Shown here piece by piece: positions 51,977 through 63,767 of a stretch of 64,000 nt of DNA; position 1 is the stretch's first letter; every line of letters begins with the position of its first letter. Location of the stretch: NCBI GenBank assembly GCA_025458165.1, contig JALOTB010000024.1, forward strand, positions 811 to 64,810. The letters run 5' to 3'. This DNA comes from Chromatiaceae bacterium (GTDB lineage Bacteria; Pseudomonadota; Gammaproteobacteria; Chromatiales; Chromatiaceae). The notes beneath the pieces are model-generated. The model worked only from the letters and a program-made list of their open reading frames with translations, was not told the DNA's origin and made no database searches. The position numbers were made by a program, and so were the translations under genes.

Positions 51977-52825
51977 TCAATCGGGCTTGCGCGCGATCGC
52001 CTCCTCCAGGAGGGAAAGGAAATCGCGCTCGTCGTGGACCTGGGCGACCTCGGTCGAGCTGACGGTATAACCATAAGGCTCGGCGATCGCCTCATAGCGG
52101 GGCACCCGGGCGTGGAACAGCCGCGGAAAGACCCAGCGGGTAAAGTCGTCGGGGTCGATCTCGGCGACGTACTCCAGCCCCCGCGCGTCGAGATAGTCCC
52201 GCACCGCGGCATCGAGGAACTGCGGTCGGTAGTACAGGGGCTTGGGGTCCGCCTGGGCGCGCTGGATCAGCTTGATCTCGTCCTGCTCCGGGACCTGGAT
52301 ATAGAGAATCAGGCTGTGCGCCGCCAGCAGGTCGATGACCCTGGGCTCCTCCAACTCGCATAGGCTCCCGCCGACGTCGTTGACCAGGTGGCTGTAGCCG
52401 TAGATCTCCTGGGCCTTCTGCACGAACTTCGGCAGATCCATCATGGCCGCGATCTCGGCCTCCCGATACAGCGCCTGGCGGCGGTTGAACTCCGCGAGTG
52501 GCAACCCGCCAACCTCGGGGTTGCCAAGCTTGCCGACGAAGCTGAGGACCGGCCCTAGGTCGTCGACCTTGATGTTATTGCGGATGAAGATCCAGTCGCG
52601 CCGCAGCAGGTCGCGCAGGAACGGCACCTGCATCGCCTGGCCCTTGATCAGGTCGAGGATGTGCTCGTCGAGGTAACGGGTGCCGATGCGGTAGTCGCCC
52701 GAGTAGTGGAACCAGTCGTGGCGGCGCAGCATGGCCGAGAGGTGGGTCTTGCCCACCCCGGACATGCCAAGCAACGTCACACACTTGTTGTCCCAGGCGC
52801 GGAATTCCTCGACGGTAAGCTTCAC
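51977..52825 (-). CDS. P-loop NTPase of unknown function
   Basis: The Walker A motif is LLGMSGVGKTHLS. 282 aa. It is co-oriented with metA. Confidence 0.6.
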   Translation of the reverse strand: MKLTVEEFRAWDNKCVTLLGMSGVGKTHLSAMLRRHDWFHYSGDYRIGTRYLDEHILDLIKGQAMQVPFLRDLLRRDWIFIRNNIKVDDLGPVLSFVGKLGNPEVGGLPLAEFNRRQALYREAEIAAMMDLPKFVQKAQEIYGYSHLVNDVGGSLCELEEPRVIDLLAAHSLILYIQVPEQDEIKLIQRAQADPKPLYYRPQFLDAAVRDYLDARGLEYVAEIDPDDFTRWVFPRLFHARVPRYEAIAEPYGYTVSSTEVAQVHDERDFLSLLEEAIARKPD

Positions 52826-52907
52826 GACCAGCGGCTCCTGGCTCGGTGGGGCGCAAACGAGCGCGCGATGCTACCCGATGCGACCGCCACCCGGCCAGCG
52901 GCGCCCC

Positions 52908-55900
52908 TCAGTGGCCGGCCCCGCCCTGCGACGTCAGCCCGACCTGCTCGGGCGGTACGTGCGGGCGGCCAATGAGACGCCTGGTACCTTGGATCAGGTC
53001 GTCGACGTAGGTGAAGATCACCGGGATCACCAGAAGCGACAGGAAGGTCGAGGTGATCAGCCCGCCGATCACCACGATCGCCATCGGCGCACGGAAGCTC
53101 GGGTCGGTGCCGATCCCGAGCGCGATCGGCAGCATGCCGGCGCCCATCGCGAGCGTGGTCATCACGATCGGCCGCGCCCGCTTGCGGCAGGCATCGAGCA
53201 CCGCGTCCCAGCGGTCGAGCGGCGGATGGCCGTCCACGCCACGGCGCGCCAGGATCACGTAGTCGACTAGCAGGATCGAGTTCTTAGTGGCTATGCCCAT
53301 CAGCATGATGAGCCCGATCATCGAGGGCATCGACAGCGCGCTCTGGGTGACGAAGAGCGCGAGGAAGGCGCCGGGGATCGACAGTACCAGCGCCGACAAG
53401 ATGGTCACCGGCTGCACGAAGTCCTTAAACAGCAGCACCAGCACCACGTAGATGCAGAGCACGCCGGTCAGCATCGCGAGACCAAAGCTCGCGAAGAGCT
53501 CATTCATCGCCTCGGCGTCACCCACGGTGGTCTGGATCACGCCCGGGGGCAGGTTCTGCAGGCTGGGCAGCGCCAGCGCGGCCTTTTCCACTTCACCCAG
53601 CGGCGCGGTGTCGAGCTCGATCTCGAAGTTGATGTTGCGCAGCCGGTCGTAGCGGTCGATCTCCGCCGGACCGCTGTCGATCGCGAGCGTGGCGACATTG
53701 CCGAGCATCACCGGCCCCTGCCGGCCCGGTACCGGCAAGCGCTCGAGCAGGGCGAGGTCCTGGCGCGCCTCGGGCGGCAGCTTGACCACGATCGGCACCT
53801 GCCGCTGTGACAGGTTGAGCTTGGCGAGTCCCTGGTCGTAGTCGCCCGCGGTGGCGATGCGCAGGGTGTCGGCGATCGCGGCCGAGGTCACCCCAAGGTC
53901 GGCGGCCCGCGAGAAATCGGGTCGCACGGTGAGCTCCGGCCGCACCAGGCTCGCCGTCGTCGTCACGCTGCCGATGCCGGGGATGGTGCGCAGCTCCCGC
54001 TCCACCAGGCGCGCGTGCCCCGAGAGCACGCGCCCGTCCTCGCCGGCCAGCACGAGCACGTATTTGCCCCCGGCGGCGCCCGCGAGACCCACGTTGACCC
54101 GTACCCCGGGCAGGGCAGTCAGGGCCTCGCGGAGCTGCGCCTCGATCTCCTGCTTGCGGGTGCCCCCGAAGAGTCCCAGGAAGCCGTGGCGCTCCCCGCG
54201 CGGCGTCATGTTGATCGTCAGCGTCGCCTTGCGCACCTCCGCCGCGCCCCGCGGCGCGAATGGATCGGAGCCCGCCGCACCGCCGCCGATCGCGGTGTAG
54301 ACCAGCTTGACGTGCGGGTTCTGCGCGACGATGCGGCGGGCCTGCTCCGCCGCCTCGTAGGTCTGCCGAAAGGTGCTGCCGGGCGGCAGCGTCAGGTACA
54401 CCTGGGTCTGGGAGAGGTCGTCGGGCGGGATGAAGCCGGTCGGCAGCAACGGCACCAGGGCGAAGGAGCCGAAGAAGAAGATTGCGGCGCCGGCCAGCGT
54501 GGCGATGCGGTGCCGCAGGCACCAGGCGGCCCAGCCCAAGTACAGGCCGAGCCAGCGTGGCTGCGAGTAGTCCTTGCTCGGCTTGTGCAGGAGATAGGCC
54601 GCCATCATCGGGGTCAGCATGCGGGCGACGACCAACGAGAAGAACACCGCGATCGCCGCCGTCCAGCCAAATTGGACGAAGAACTTTCCGGCCACGCCGC
54701 TCATGAAGGCGGTGGGCAGGAACACCGCGATCAGCGTGAAGGTGGTGGCGATCACCGCCAGGCCGATCTCGTCGGCCGCCTCCATCGCGGCCTGGTAAGG
54801 CGTCTTTCCGAGCGCCAAGTGGCGCATGATGTTCTCGATCTCGACGATCGCGTCGTCCACCAGGATGCCGACCACCAGCGAGAGCGACAACAGGGTGACG
54901 ACATTCAGGGTGAAGCCGAACAGGTACATGAACCCGAAGGCCGGGAGGATCGACAGCGGCAGCGCGGTGGCGGCGATGAAGGTGGCCCGCCAGTCGCGCA
55001 GGAAGAGCCAGACGACCAGCACCGCGAGGAAGGCGCCCTCGATCAAGAGGGACATACTGCCGTCGAAGTTCTCCCGCACCGGGTCGACGAAGTTGAAGGC
55101 CTCGGTGATCTCGATGTCCGGGTGCTCGAGGCGGAGCCGCTCGAGCCGGTCGCGCACGCCCGCGGCAACCTCGGTCTCCCCAGCGCCGCGGCTGCGCACG
55201 ATCTCGAAACCGACCACCGGCTTGCCGTTCAAGAGCGCCGCGCTGCGCTGCTCTGCCACGGTGTCGCTCACGCGGGCTACCTGGTCGAGCCGGATGCGAC
55301 GGCCGTCGGACAGCACGATGTCCATCGCCGCGAGCTCCGCCGCCGTCTGCACCGTGCCGATGGTGCGCACGGACTGCTCGACGCCGCCGATGTCGGCCCG
55401 CCCTCCCGAGGCATCCTGCTGGATCTGGCGTAGCTGGCGCGAGATGTCGGCGGCAGTGGCGTTGAGCGCTAGCAGCCGGTCCGGATCGAGCTGGACCAGC
55501 ACCTGGCGATCGACGCCGCCAACGCGGGCGACCGCCCCCACGCCGCGCACCGCAAGCAGGCCCTTGGTGACGGTGTTGTCGACGAACCAGGAGAGGGCCT
55601 CGTCGTCCATCCGCGGTGAGGCGATGGTGTAGGTCAGGATCGGCGAGCCCGCGAGGTTGACCTTGGAGACGACGGGGTCGCGCAGGTCGCCCGGCAGGTC
55701 TGCGCGGATACGCGAGACCGCATCGCGCACGTCGTCCAGCGCCTCCTGTGTCGGCTTCTCCAGGCGGAACTCGACGGTGACGGTGGCGGTCCCGTCCTGC
55801 ACCTTGGTGTAGATGTGCTTGACCCCTTGCAGGGTCGCGACCGAGCTCTCGATCTTGCGCGCGACCTCGGTCTCCATCTGGGCCGGGGCCGCACCGGGGA

Positions 55901-56057
55901 GCGAGGCGGTCACGGTGACGGTGGGCAGGTCGATGTCCGGGAACTGCTGGATCTTCATGCCCATGAAGCCCATCACACCGACCAGGGTCAGCATGAGGAA
56001 GAACAGCAACGACGGGATCGGGTTGCGGATCGACCAGGCGGAGACGTTGATCGCCAT
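52908..56057 (-). CDS. RND efflux pump inner-membrane permease (AcrB/HAE family)
   Basis: 1049 aa. The N-terminus is SAWSIRNPIPSLLFFLMLTLVGVMGFMGMKIQQFPDIDLPTVTVTASLPGAAP. It shows the 12-TM architecture with two large loops. Confidence 0.93.
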   Translation of the reverse strand: MAINVSAWSIRNPIPSLLFFLMLTLVGVMGFMGMKIQQFPDIDLPTVTVTASLPGAAPAQMETEVARKIESSVATLQGVKHIYTKVQDGTATVTVEFRLEKPTQEALDDVRDAVSRIRADLPGDLRDPVVSKVNLAGSPILTYTIASPRMDDEALSWFVDNTVTKGLLAVRGVGAVARVGGVDRQVLVQLDPDRLLALNATAADISRQLRQIQQDASGGRADIGGVEQSVRTIGTVQTAAELAAMDIVLSDGRRIRLDQVARVSDTVAEQRSAALLNGKPVVGFEIVRSRGAGETEVAAGVRDRLERLRLEHPDIEITEAFNFVDPVRENFDGSMSLLIEGAFLAVLVVWLFLRDWRATFIAATALPLSILPAFGFMYLFGFTLNVVTLLSLSLVVGILVDDAIVEIENIMRHLALGKTPYQAAMEAADEIGLAVIATTFTLIAVFLPTAFMSGVAGKFFVQFGWTAAIAVFFSLVVARMLTPMMAAYLLHKPSKDYSQPRWLGLYLGWAAWCLRHRIATLAGAAIFFFGSFALVPLLPTGFIPPDDLSQTQVYLTLPPGSTFRQTYEAAEQARRIVAQNPHVKLVYTAIGGGAAGSDPFAPRGAAEVRKATLTINMTPRGERHGFLGLFGGTRKQEIEAQLREALTALPGVRVNVGLAGAAGGKYVLVLAGEDGRVLSGHARLVERELRTIPGIGSVTTTASLVRPELTVRPDFSRAADLGVTSAAIADTLRIATAGDYDQGLAKLNLSQRQVPIVVKLPPEARQDLALLERLPVPGRQGPVMLGNVATLAIDSGPAEIDRYDRLRNINFEIELDTAPLGEVEKAALALPSLQNLPPGVIQTTVGDAEAMNELFASFGLAMLTGVLCIYVVLVLLFKDFVQPVTILSALVLSIPGAFLALFVTQSALSMPSMIGLIMLMGIATKNSILLVDYVILARRGVDGHPPLDRWDAVLDACRKRARPIVMTTLAMGAGMLPIALGIGTDPSFRAPMAIVVIGGLITSTFLSLLVIPVIFTYVDDLIQGTRRLIGRPHVPPEQVGLTSQGGAGH

Positions 56058-56082
56058 GGGGTGTCGACGGGCGCCCGCCGGG

Positions 56083-57264
56083 CTAACGAGAGGCCGCCAG
56101 CCCCTCGGCCGGCGGTGGGGCCTCGACGACCTTGACCAGGTCGCCGTCGGTGAGAAAGGCCGCGCCCGAGGCGACCAGCCGCATCTCCGGGGTCACCCCA
56201 AGCGCGATCTCGATGCGGTCGCCCAGGCGGCGGCCGACCTCGACCTTGAGCTCCCTCACCCGATTGTCCGTGTCGACGAGATAGACGTAAGCGAATCCGT
56301 CGCGCAGGACCACCGCGCCCTGCGGGAGGGTGAGCGCGGGCGCCGCTCCGACCTGCATCTCGCCACGGACGAACATCCCGGCGCGCAGCGGGCCGTCGGC
56401 GGGGAGGTCGACGTACACGATGGCGTTGCGGGTCAGCGGATCGAGCGTCGGCGCGACCATCCGCACCTGCCCCTCGACAGGCGGCTGGGGCGCGTCACCT
56501 GGTGGGTGAAGGCTGGCCTTCATCCCCGCCTTGACGCGGGAGAGCTCGGTGGCGGTCACCTCGGCCCGCCACTCCAAGCGGCCGCCGCGGATCAGCCGGA
56601 ACAGCTCCTCCCCGTTCTGCGCCAGCGAGCCGACGGTGGCGGTGCGCGCGGAGATCACCCCGTCGTCGGGGGCGAGCACCCGGGTCTGCGACAGGCGCAG
56701 CTCATCGGCCTCCAGCTTGGCCTGAGCCGCGCTGACGCGGGCGATCGCGGTCTGCTCGGCGGTGAGGAGCTGATTGATCTGCTGGGCGCTCAGCGCCCCC
56801 CGCTCCTCGATGCGCCGCGCCCGGTCGGCGTCCGCCCGGGCCTCGGCGAGCCTGGCCTGGGCCTCCTCGACCGCGGCCCGCGACTGCGCGAGCTCGGCCT
56901 CAACGGTGTCGCTCGCGATGAGGGCGAGGAGCTGGCCCTTCTCAACGACGTCGCCGACATTCACCAAGACCTCTGTCATCCGGTAGCCGCTGAGCTCGGC
57001 GCCGATCACCGCCTCCTGCCAGGCCGCGACGTTGCCGTAGGCCGCAATGACCTGCGGCCAATCCGCGAGCTGCGGCGCGGTCAGTGCGACCGAGAGCGCC
57101 GGGCGACCGGGCTGGGCCGGCGGCGACGAGGCCACGGGCTCGGTGGCGGTCTGCCGCTCTGGCCCGACCAGGATCCATAGGGTGGCAGCGGCTACCAGGG
57201 CGACCGCGACCAGCGCAACGGCGATCGGCGGTCGCCGCTTGGGACTGGTGGGTGGTGTGGACAT
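56083..57264 (-). CDS. RND efflux periplasmic adaptor (membrane fusion protein)
   Basis: The lipoyl/hairpin/beta-barrel pattern is GDVVEKGQLLALI ... coiled coil ... RVLAPDDGVISARTATVGS ... G. The ATG at 57264 gives a TM/signal start. It lies directly upstream of the RND gene. Confidence 0.85.
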   Translation of the reverse strand: MSTPPTSPKRRPPIAVALVAVALVAAATLWILVGPERQTATEPVASSPPAQPGRPALSVALTAPQLADWPQVIAAYGNVAAWQEAVIGAELSGYRMTEVLVNVGDVVEKGQLLALIASDTVEAELAQSRAAVEEAQARLAEARADADRARRIEERGALSAQQINQLLTAEQTAIARVSAAQAKLEADELRLSQTRVLAPDDGVISARTATVGSLAQNGEELFRLIRGGRLEWRAEVTATELSRVKAGMKASLHPPGDAPQPPVEGQVRMVAPTLDPLTRNAIVYVDLPADGPLRAGMFVRGEMQVGAAPALTLPQGAVVLRDGFAYVYLVDTDNRVRELKVEVGRRLGDRIEIALGVTPEMRLVASGAAFLTDGDLVKVVEAPPPAEGLAASR

Positions 57265-57268
57265 GGCG

Positions 57269-58003
57269 CTAGCTAGGGGGCGTGGACTCGGGCCTGCCGG
57301 ATGCCGCCGTCGCGATGGCAGTCCGCTGCCGGCGTCCAACCTCGTGGTCGAGGAGGGCGTGGGCATAGCCCACTAGGCGATCGAGGACCTGCTCAAGGGC
57401 CCGCGGGCGATCGAGCACACCCGGCGCGAGGAGCTTCATCATCTCCCGCGATTGGCAGTAGTCGTTGGCCATCGCCACCAGGGCGAAGGCGAGCTGGTGG
57501 ATGTCGTCGTCGGGCCGGCGCAGGCCGCAATGCCGGGCCAGCATGCCGCTTAGGGCCTGATAGGCCGGCAGGATGGTCTGCTCGACCACTTGGCGGAAGG
57601 CGGGGGACGGCTCGAGCATTTCGCGCAGGTGCAGCTTCATGACCTGCACCTGGACGCTGGGGTCCTTGTGCCCGCTCGCCACCCCCAGGATCGGCGCGAG
57701 GAACATCCGCATCGCCTCCTCGAACGAGAGCTCGGGGTCGTCGAAGCGGCCGAAGGCATGGATCACCTCCGTGATCGGCCCGAGCAGGGTCTCGCGGTAG
57801 AGCCCCTCCTTGTCGCCGAAGTAATAGCGGATCGAGGCGATGTTGACGCCGGCCGCCTCGCAGATCTCACGCGTGCTGGCGGCGGTGAACCCCTTGACCG
57901 CAAACATCGCAGTGGCCTGACGGAGCAGGCGGTCCCGCGCGCTCGGTGCCGGCGAGGCATCGGCATCGGCACTCCGGGGGATGGGCAGTGGCAGGTCGGT
58001 CAT
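57269..58003 (-). CDS. TetR/AcrR-family transcriptional regulator
   Basis: The HTH is RDRLLRQATAMFAVKGFTAASTREICEAAGVNIASIRYYFGDKEGLY. It is the first gene of the efflux operon. Confidence 0.85.
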   Translation of the reverse strand: MTDLPLPIPRSADADASPAPSARDRLLRQATAMFAVKGFTAASTREICEAAGVNIASIRYYFGDKEGLYRETLLGPITEVIHAFGRFDDPELSFEEAMRMFLAPILGVASGHKDPSVQVQVMKLHLREMLEPSPAFRQVVEQTILPAYQALSGMLARHCGLRRPDDDIHQLAFALVAMANDYCQSREMMKLLAPGVLDRPRALEQVLDRLVGYAHALLDHEVGRRQRTAIATAASGRPESTPPS

Positions 58004-58025
58004 ACGGGCCGATAGCGTACCACAT

Positions 58026-58041
58026 AATCAAACGATTGATT
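58026..58041. promoter_or_regulatory. candidate TetR operator (imperfect palindrome)
   Basis: AATCAAACGATTGATT has 14 of 16 positions self-complementary. It lies 23 nt upstream of the TetR start codon. Confidence 0.3.
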
Positions 58042-58121
58042 GATGCCCAGCGTTTGGGGCTATCAGGGCCCGGCGAGGGTCACGCGGTGATCCGCGCAGA
58101 CGACCGCTCACGGGTGCGGCG

Positions 58122-60014
<1,893 letters not shown>

Positions 60015-60080
60015 GGCCTTGGTGTGCGGCGCACCCGGGCGGCTGGCGCCGCCGAGGTGACGCGGGCTGATGCCGCCGCG

Positions 60081-61757
60081 CTAGTCGTCGAGGACTGGTC
60101 GGGAGAAGAGGTGTCCCTGGCCCCAGTCGACCCCGATCTCCTGCAGCGCCTGCAGCGTCTCGGGGCGCTCCACGCCCTCCCCGACGGTGATCACGCCGAG
60201 ATCGGCCGCCAGCTCCTGGATCCCTTGGACGATGGCCCGTACCCGGGGCTCGGCGGTGATGCGACCCACCAGCGCCCGCTCCAGCTTGATGAACGACACC
60301 GGCAGCTCGGCGAGATAATTCAGCGAGGAGTAGCCGGCGCCGAAGTCGTCGATGGCGAGCCGCAGCCCAAGATCGATGAACGGCTTGAGGGCCTCCCGCG
60401 CCCCGCGCATGTCGTCGAGGAACTGCCGCTCGGTGACCTCGATGACGAGCGGTTTCACGGCTCCGACGTAATCCCCGCAGACGGCGCACTGCTCCTTCAC
60501 CGTGTGGAGGATATCCGCGACCAGCTTGGGGTGGCGCAGGAAATCCGCGGAGAAGTTAACGAACATCGCCGGCACCGGCCCGCCGCCGAGCGCCGAGCGT
60601 ACGCAGCGCAGGATGGCGCTGTGAATCACGCGATGGTCGATCAGATGCACCAGGTGGAGCTGCTCGGCCGCCGGGATGAAATAGGCCGCGTCCATGACCT
60701 GGCCGTCGTCGAGCCGGATGCGGGCGAGGGCCTCAGCCCCACACACCTCGCCCGAGACCAGGTTGACCACCGACTGGTAAGCGGGCTCGACGCGGTTGTC
60801 CTTGAGGGACTTCTCGATCAGGTTGGCGATAGCAAAGACATTGCCCGCGTGCCGGGTGATGCTCTGAATGCGATTGCGCCCGGCCCGCTTGGCCTCGTAG
60901 AGCGCGGCGTCCACCTTGGCCAGCAGGGCATCGGGGTGCAGCCCGTCATCCGGATAGGCGGCGACGCCGATGCTCGCAGTGACGCGAATCTGCCGCCCCT
61001 GATCTTCCACCGGTTGGGCCTCGAGCCCGGCGCGGATGCGCTCGGCGACCTCCTCTGCCTGGCCGCGGCCGACCTGGGGCAGCAGGCAGAGGAACTCCTC
61101 GCCGCCCCAGCGCCCCACGGTGTCGAGCTCGCGCACCTTGTGCGCGACGCGCCGGGCGACCTGGGCGAGCACCTGGTCCCCAGTGGCATGACCGTAGCGG
61201 TCGTTGACGATCTTGAAGTAATCGAGATCGATCAGGAGCAGGCTATAGATCCCGTGCTGGGCCTCGGCGCTGCGGTGCAGGTTCTCCAGCCGCTCCTGCA
61301 GATAGGCGCGATTGGGCAGACCGGTGAGGGCGTCGTGGCTGGCGCGGTAGGCGAGGGTACCGCGCTCGACCCCGTCGGCCTCGGCGCGCAACAGGATGAG
61401 CAGTGCCTCCCCGAGGGAGACCAGCTCGTAGGCAACCATCCGTCGCTGGCCCTTGACCCCGAGCAGCATGCCACTGCCCACCACCTCGCGGCCTAGTCCC
61501 TGGGCGGCCAGCTCCGCGATCATCCGCTCGTCGAGCAGACCGCCGCCGCGCAGCTCGAGCGAGAGGGCCGACAGGGCCGGGCGGCCCAGCGCGAGCGCGC
61601 CATCGCAATCGAGCAGCCGCTCGGCGCGCACGTTGAGGTAGGCGATCCTGCCGTCGCGATCGCAGACAACGAGCGCATCGGAAAAATCGGCAAGCAGGGA
61701 GAGCGGTGCAGCCGGGGCAGAGGCAGGCGGATCCTTGGCGGCGTCTGAGGGTTGCAC
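60081..61757 (-). CDS. PAS-GGDEF-EAL signalling protein (diguanylate cyclase/phosphodiesterase)
   Basis: GGDEF domain: RWGGEEFLCLL. EAL domain: GAEALARI ... DDFGAGYSSLNYL ... KLERAL. A PAS-like domain lies at the N-terminus. Confidence 0.85.
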   Translation of the reverse strand: MQPSDAAKDPPASAPAAPLSLLADFSDALVVCDRDGRIAYLNVRAERLLDCDGALALGRPALSALSLELRGGGLLDERMIAELAAQGLGREVVGSGMLLGVKGQRRMVAYELVSLGEALLILLRAEADGVERGTLAYRASHDALTGLPNRAYLQERLENLHRSAEAQHGIYSLLLIDLDYFKIVNDRYGHATGDQVLAQVARRVAHKVRELDTVGRWGGEEFLCLLPQVGRGQAEEVAERIRAGLEAQPVEDQGRQIRVTASIGVAAYPDDGLHPDALLAKVDAALYEAKRAGRNRIQSITRHAGNVFAIANLIEKSLKDNRVEPAYQSVVNLVSGEVCGAEALARIRLDDGQVMDAAYFIPAAEQLHLVHLIDHRVIHSAILRCVRSALGGGPVPAMFVNFSADFLRHPKLVADILHTVKEQCAVCGDYVGAVKPLVIEVTERQFLDDMRGAREALKPFIDLGLRLAIDDFGAGYSSLNYLAELPVSFIKLERALVGRITAEPRVRAIVQGIQELAADLGVITVGEGVERPETLQALQEIGVDWGQGHLFSRPVLDD

Positions 61758-61917
61758 GGCATTACCAATCAGATCTCATCAAAGGCTGATTGTACCCGAG
61801 AGCGCGCGTCACGCAGCGGCGCATCGGGGGTTGGCCGGAGTCCGTGGTGCGGCGGTTTCAGGTACACTCCCGGGTGCGGCATCCACACCCCTCACCGATC
61901 CGATCCGCCCGCTGCTG

Positions 61918-62625
61918 ATGGTGAAGAACGTGACACTGCGCGAGGCCTGGTCCGGCGAGGCGGACTGCCTAAACTGCCCGCTGCGCGCCACCGTGCTCTT
62001 TGCCGGCCTGACCGAGCAGGACTTCGCGCGCATCCACGACCCCATCGATCAGTTTCAGCTCAGGCCTGGCACCCCCCTCTACCGCACCGGCGACGATGGG
62101 GAGTTCCTGTTCACCGTGCGCAGTGGCGCCCTGAAGCTGGTGCAATATCTGCCGGACGGCGGCCAGCGCATCGTGCGCCTCGCGCGCACCAGCGACGTCC
62201 TCGGCCTGGAGGCGATCATCGAGAGCCCCTATCTGCACGACGCGGTGGCGCTGCAGGTCACGGAGGTCTGCCGCTACCCGGCGCGGGTCGTGCGGGCGCT
62301 GGGGCGCGAGAACCCCGCGCTGCACAACGAGCTCATGAGCCGCTGGCAGCGCGCCCTGTCCCAGGCCGACGACTGGCTCACCGAGCTCTCCACCGGCTCG
62401 GCCCGCCAGCGCGTCGCGCGGCTGCTGCTGCGCCTGGCCCCCGACCGCGTCACGAGCGAGTGTGAGCTCTTCAGCCGCGAGGACATGGGGGCCATGCTCG
62501 GGATCACTACTGAGACGGCGAGCCGGACGATCGCCGAGCTCAAGCGCCAGGGCCTGCTGGTCGAGACGGCGCCGAACCGGTTCCTGCTCGATATCCCTAA
62601 CCTCACCCGCATCGCCGAGGCCTGA
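61918..62625 (+). CDS. Crp/Fnr-family transcriptional regulator
   Basis: A cNMP-binding-like beta-roll (GDDGEFLFTVRSGALKL) and a C-terminal HTH (SREDMGAMLGITTETASRTIAELKRQGLL). The ATG at 61918 was chosen over the Arg-rich upstream extension. Confidence 0.8.
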   Translation: MVKNVTLREAWSGEADCLNCPLRATVLFAGLTEQDFARIHDPIDQFQLRPGTPLYRTGDDGEFLFTVRSGALKLVQYLPDGGQRIVRLARTSDVLGLEAIIESPYLHDAVALQVTEVCRYPARVVRALGRENPALHNELMSRWQRALSQADDWLTELSTGSARQRVARLLLRLAPDRVTSECELFSREDMGAMLGITTETASRTIAELKRQGLLVETAPNRFLLDIPNLTRIAEA

Positions 62626-62724
62626 ACGCGGGCCGACAGCCGAGCACGCAAGCCCGCGGGAGTTGACCGATTTCAATGCCCGAGCGGGAGGCGTGCCTTA
62701 GCCTGGCGCACATGTCGGGTCTCC

Positions 62725-63726
62725 ATGACCCCAAAACACCCGAAAGGACGTGCCACCGTGATGGGGCCGACATCCGAGCCGCGACTGAAATACTTCCCGA
62801 TCTCCTTCTTCGCGATGGTCATGGGCCTGGCAGGGCTGGCCATCGCCTGGCACCGGGCGGAGATCGTCTACGCCATGCCCGTGCGCCTGTCCGAGGCCGT
62901 GCTGGTCCTCGCCGCGCTTTCCTTCATCGCGTTACTCGCGCTCTACCTCAACAAGATCTGGCGCCACCGGGGAGCGGTGGCCCAGGAGCTCGCGCACCCG
63001 ATCCAGCTCAACTTCTTCCCCACCGTGTCGATCAGCCTGCTGCTGCTCGCGATCGCATCCCTGCCCTACTCGCTCGGGGTGGCGGGCGTGCTCTGGGTGA
63101 TCGGGACCAACCTTCACCTGCTGCTGACCCTGTATGTCATGGGGGTGTGGGTGCACCACCAGCAGTTCGAGATCCACCACATCAATCCCGCCTGGTTCCT
63201 GCCCGTAGTCGGCAACGTGCTGGTGCCCATCGCCGGCGTGCCGCTCGGCTTCGCGGAGGTCTCCTGGTTCTTCTTCAGCTTCGGCATCCTGTTCTGGCTG
63301 GTCCTGCTCGGGATCATCTTCTACCGGGTCTTCTTCCATCAGCCCTTGCCCGAGAAGCTGATGCCGACCTTCTTCATCCTGATCGCGCCCCCGGCGGTGG
63401 GGTTCCTGGCCTACCTGTCACTCACCGGGGGCCTGGATGGCTTCGGCCGCATGCTCTACTACAGCAGCCTATTCCTCACCCTGCTCTTGGCGACTCAGAT
63501 CGGGCGCTTCGTGCACATCGAGTTCTACCTGTCGTGGTGGGCCTACTCGTTCCCGCTGGCGGCGATCACGATCGCAACCCTGGCGATGTATCAACAGACC
63601 GGTCAGGCGGCCTTCGCCGCCGTCGGCTGGATACTGCTGACCTTTGTTACCCTGATCGTCGTCTATTTGCTTTACCGCACCGCCCGCGCCGTCGGCAGCC
63701 GCAAGATCTGCATCCCGGCCGTCTAG
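62725..63726 (+). CDS. TehA/Mae1/SLAC1-family (TDT) anion transporter
   Basis: 10-TM protein. LKYFPISFFAMVMGLAGLAIAW and NPAWFLPVVGNVLVP are typical of the TDT family. An alternative start is the ATG at 62761. Confidence 0.78.
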   Translation: MTPKHPKGRATVMGPTSEPRLKYFPISFFAMVMGLAGLAIAWHRAEIVYAMPVRLSEAVLVLAALSFIALLALYLNKIWRHRGAVAQELAHPIQLNFFPTVSISLLLLAIASLPYSLGVAGVLWVIGTNLHLLLTLYVMGVWVHHQQFEIHHINPAWFLPVVGNVLVPIAGVPLGFAEVSWFFFSFGILFWLVLLGIIFYRVFFHQPLPEKLMPTFFILIAPPAVGFLAYLSLTGGLDGFGRMLYYSSLFLTLLLATQIGRFVHIEFYLSWWAYSFPLAAITIATLAMYQQTGQAAFAAVGWILLTFVTLIVVYLLYRTARAVGSRKICIPAV

Positions 63727-63767
63727 ACGTCGCGGCTCCTGCTTCAGTCCCCATCCGGAGAACAGGG

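Noticed and set aside
61765-61782. ccaatcagatctcatcaa, which reads TTGATGAGATCTGATTGG in reverse complement, as a possible FNR/CRP box (TTGAT-N4-ATCAA) in the GGDEF-EAL / crp divergent spacer.
   Set aside because: Only one half-site (TTGAT) matches. The second half is TCTGA rather than ATCAA.
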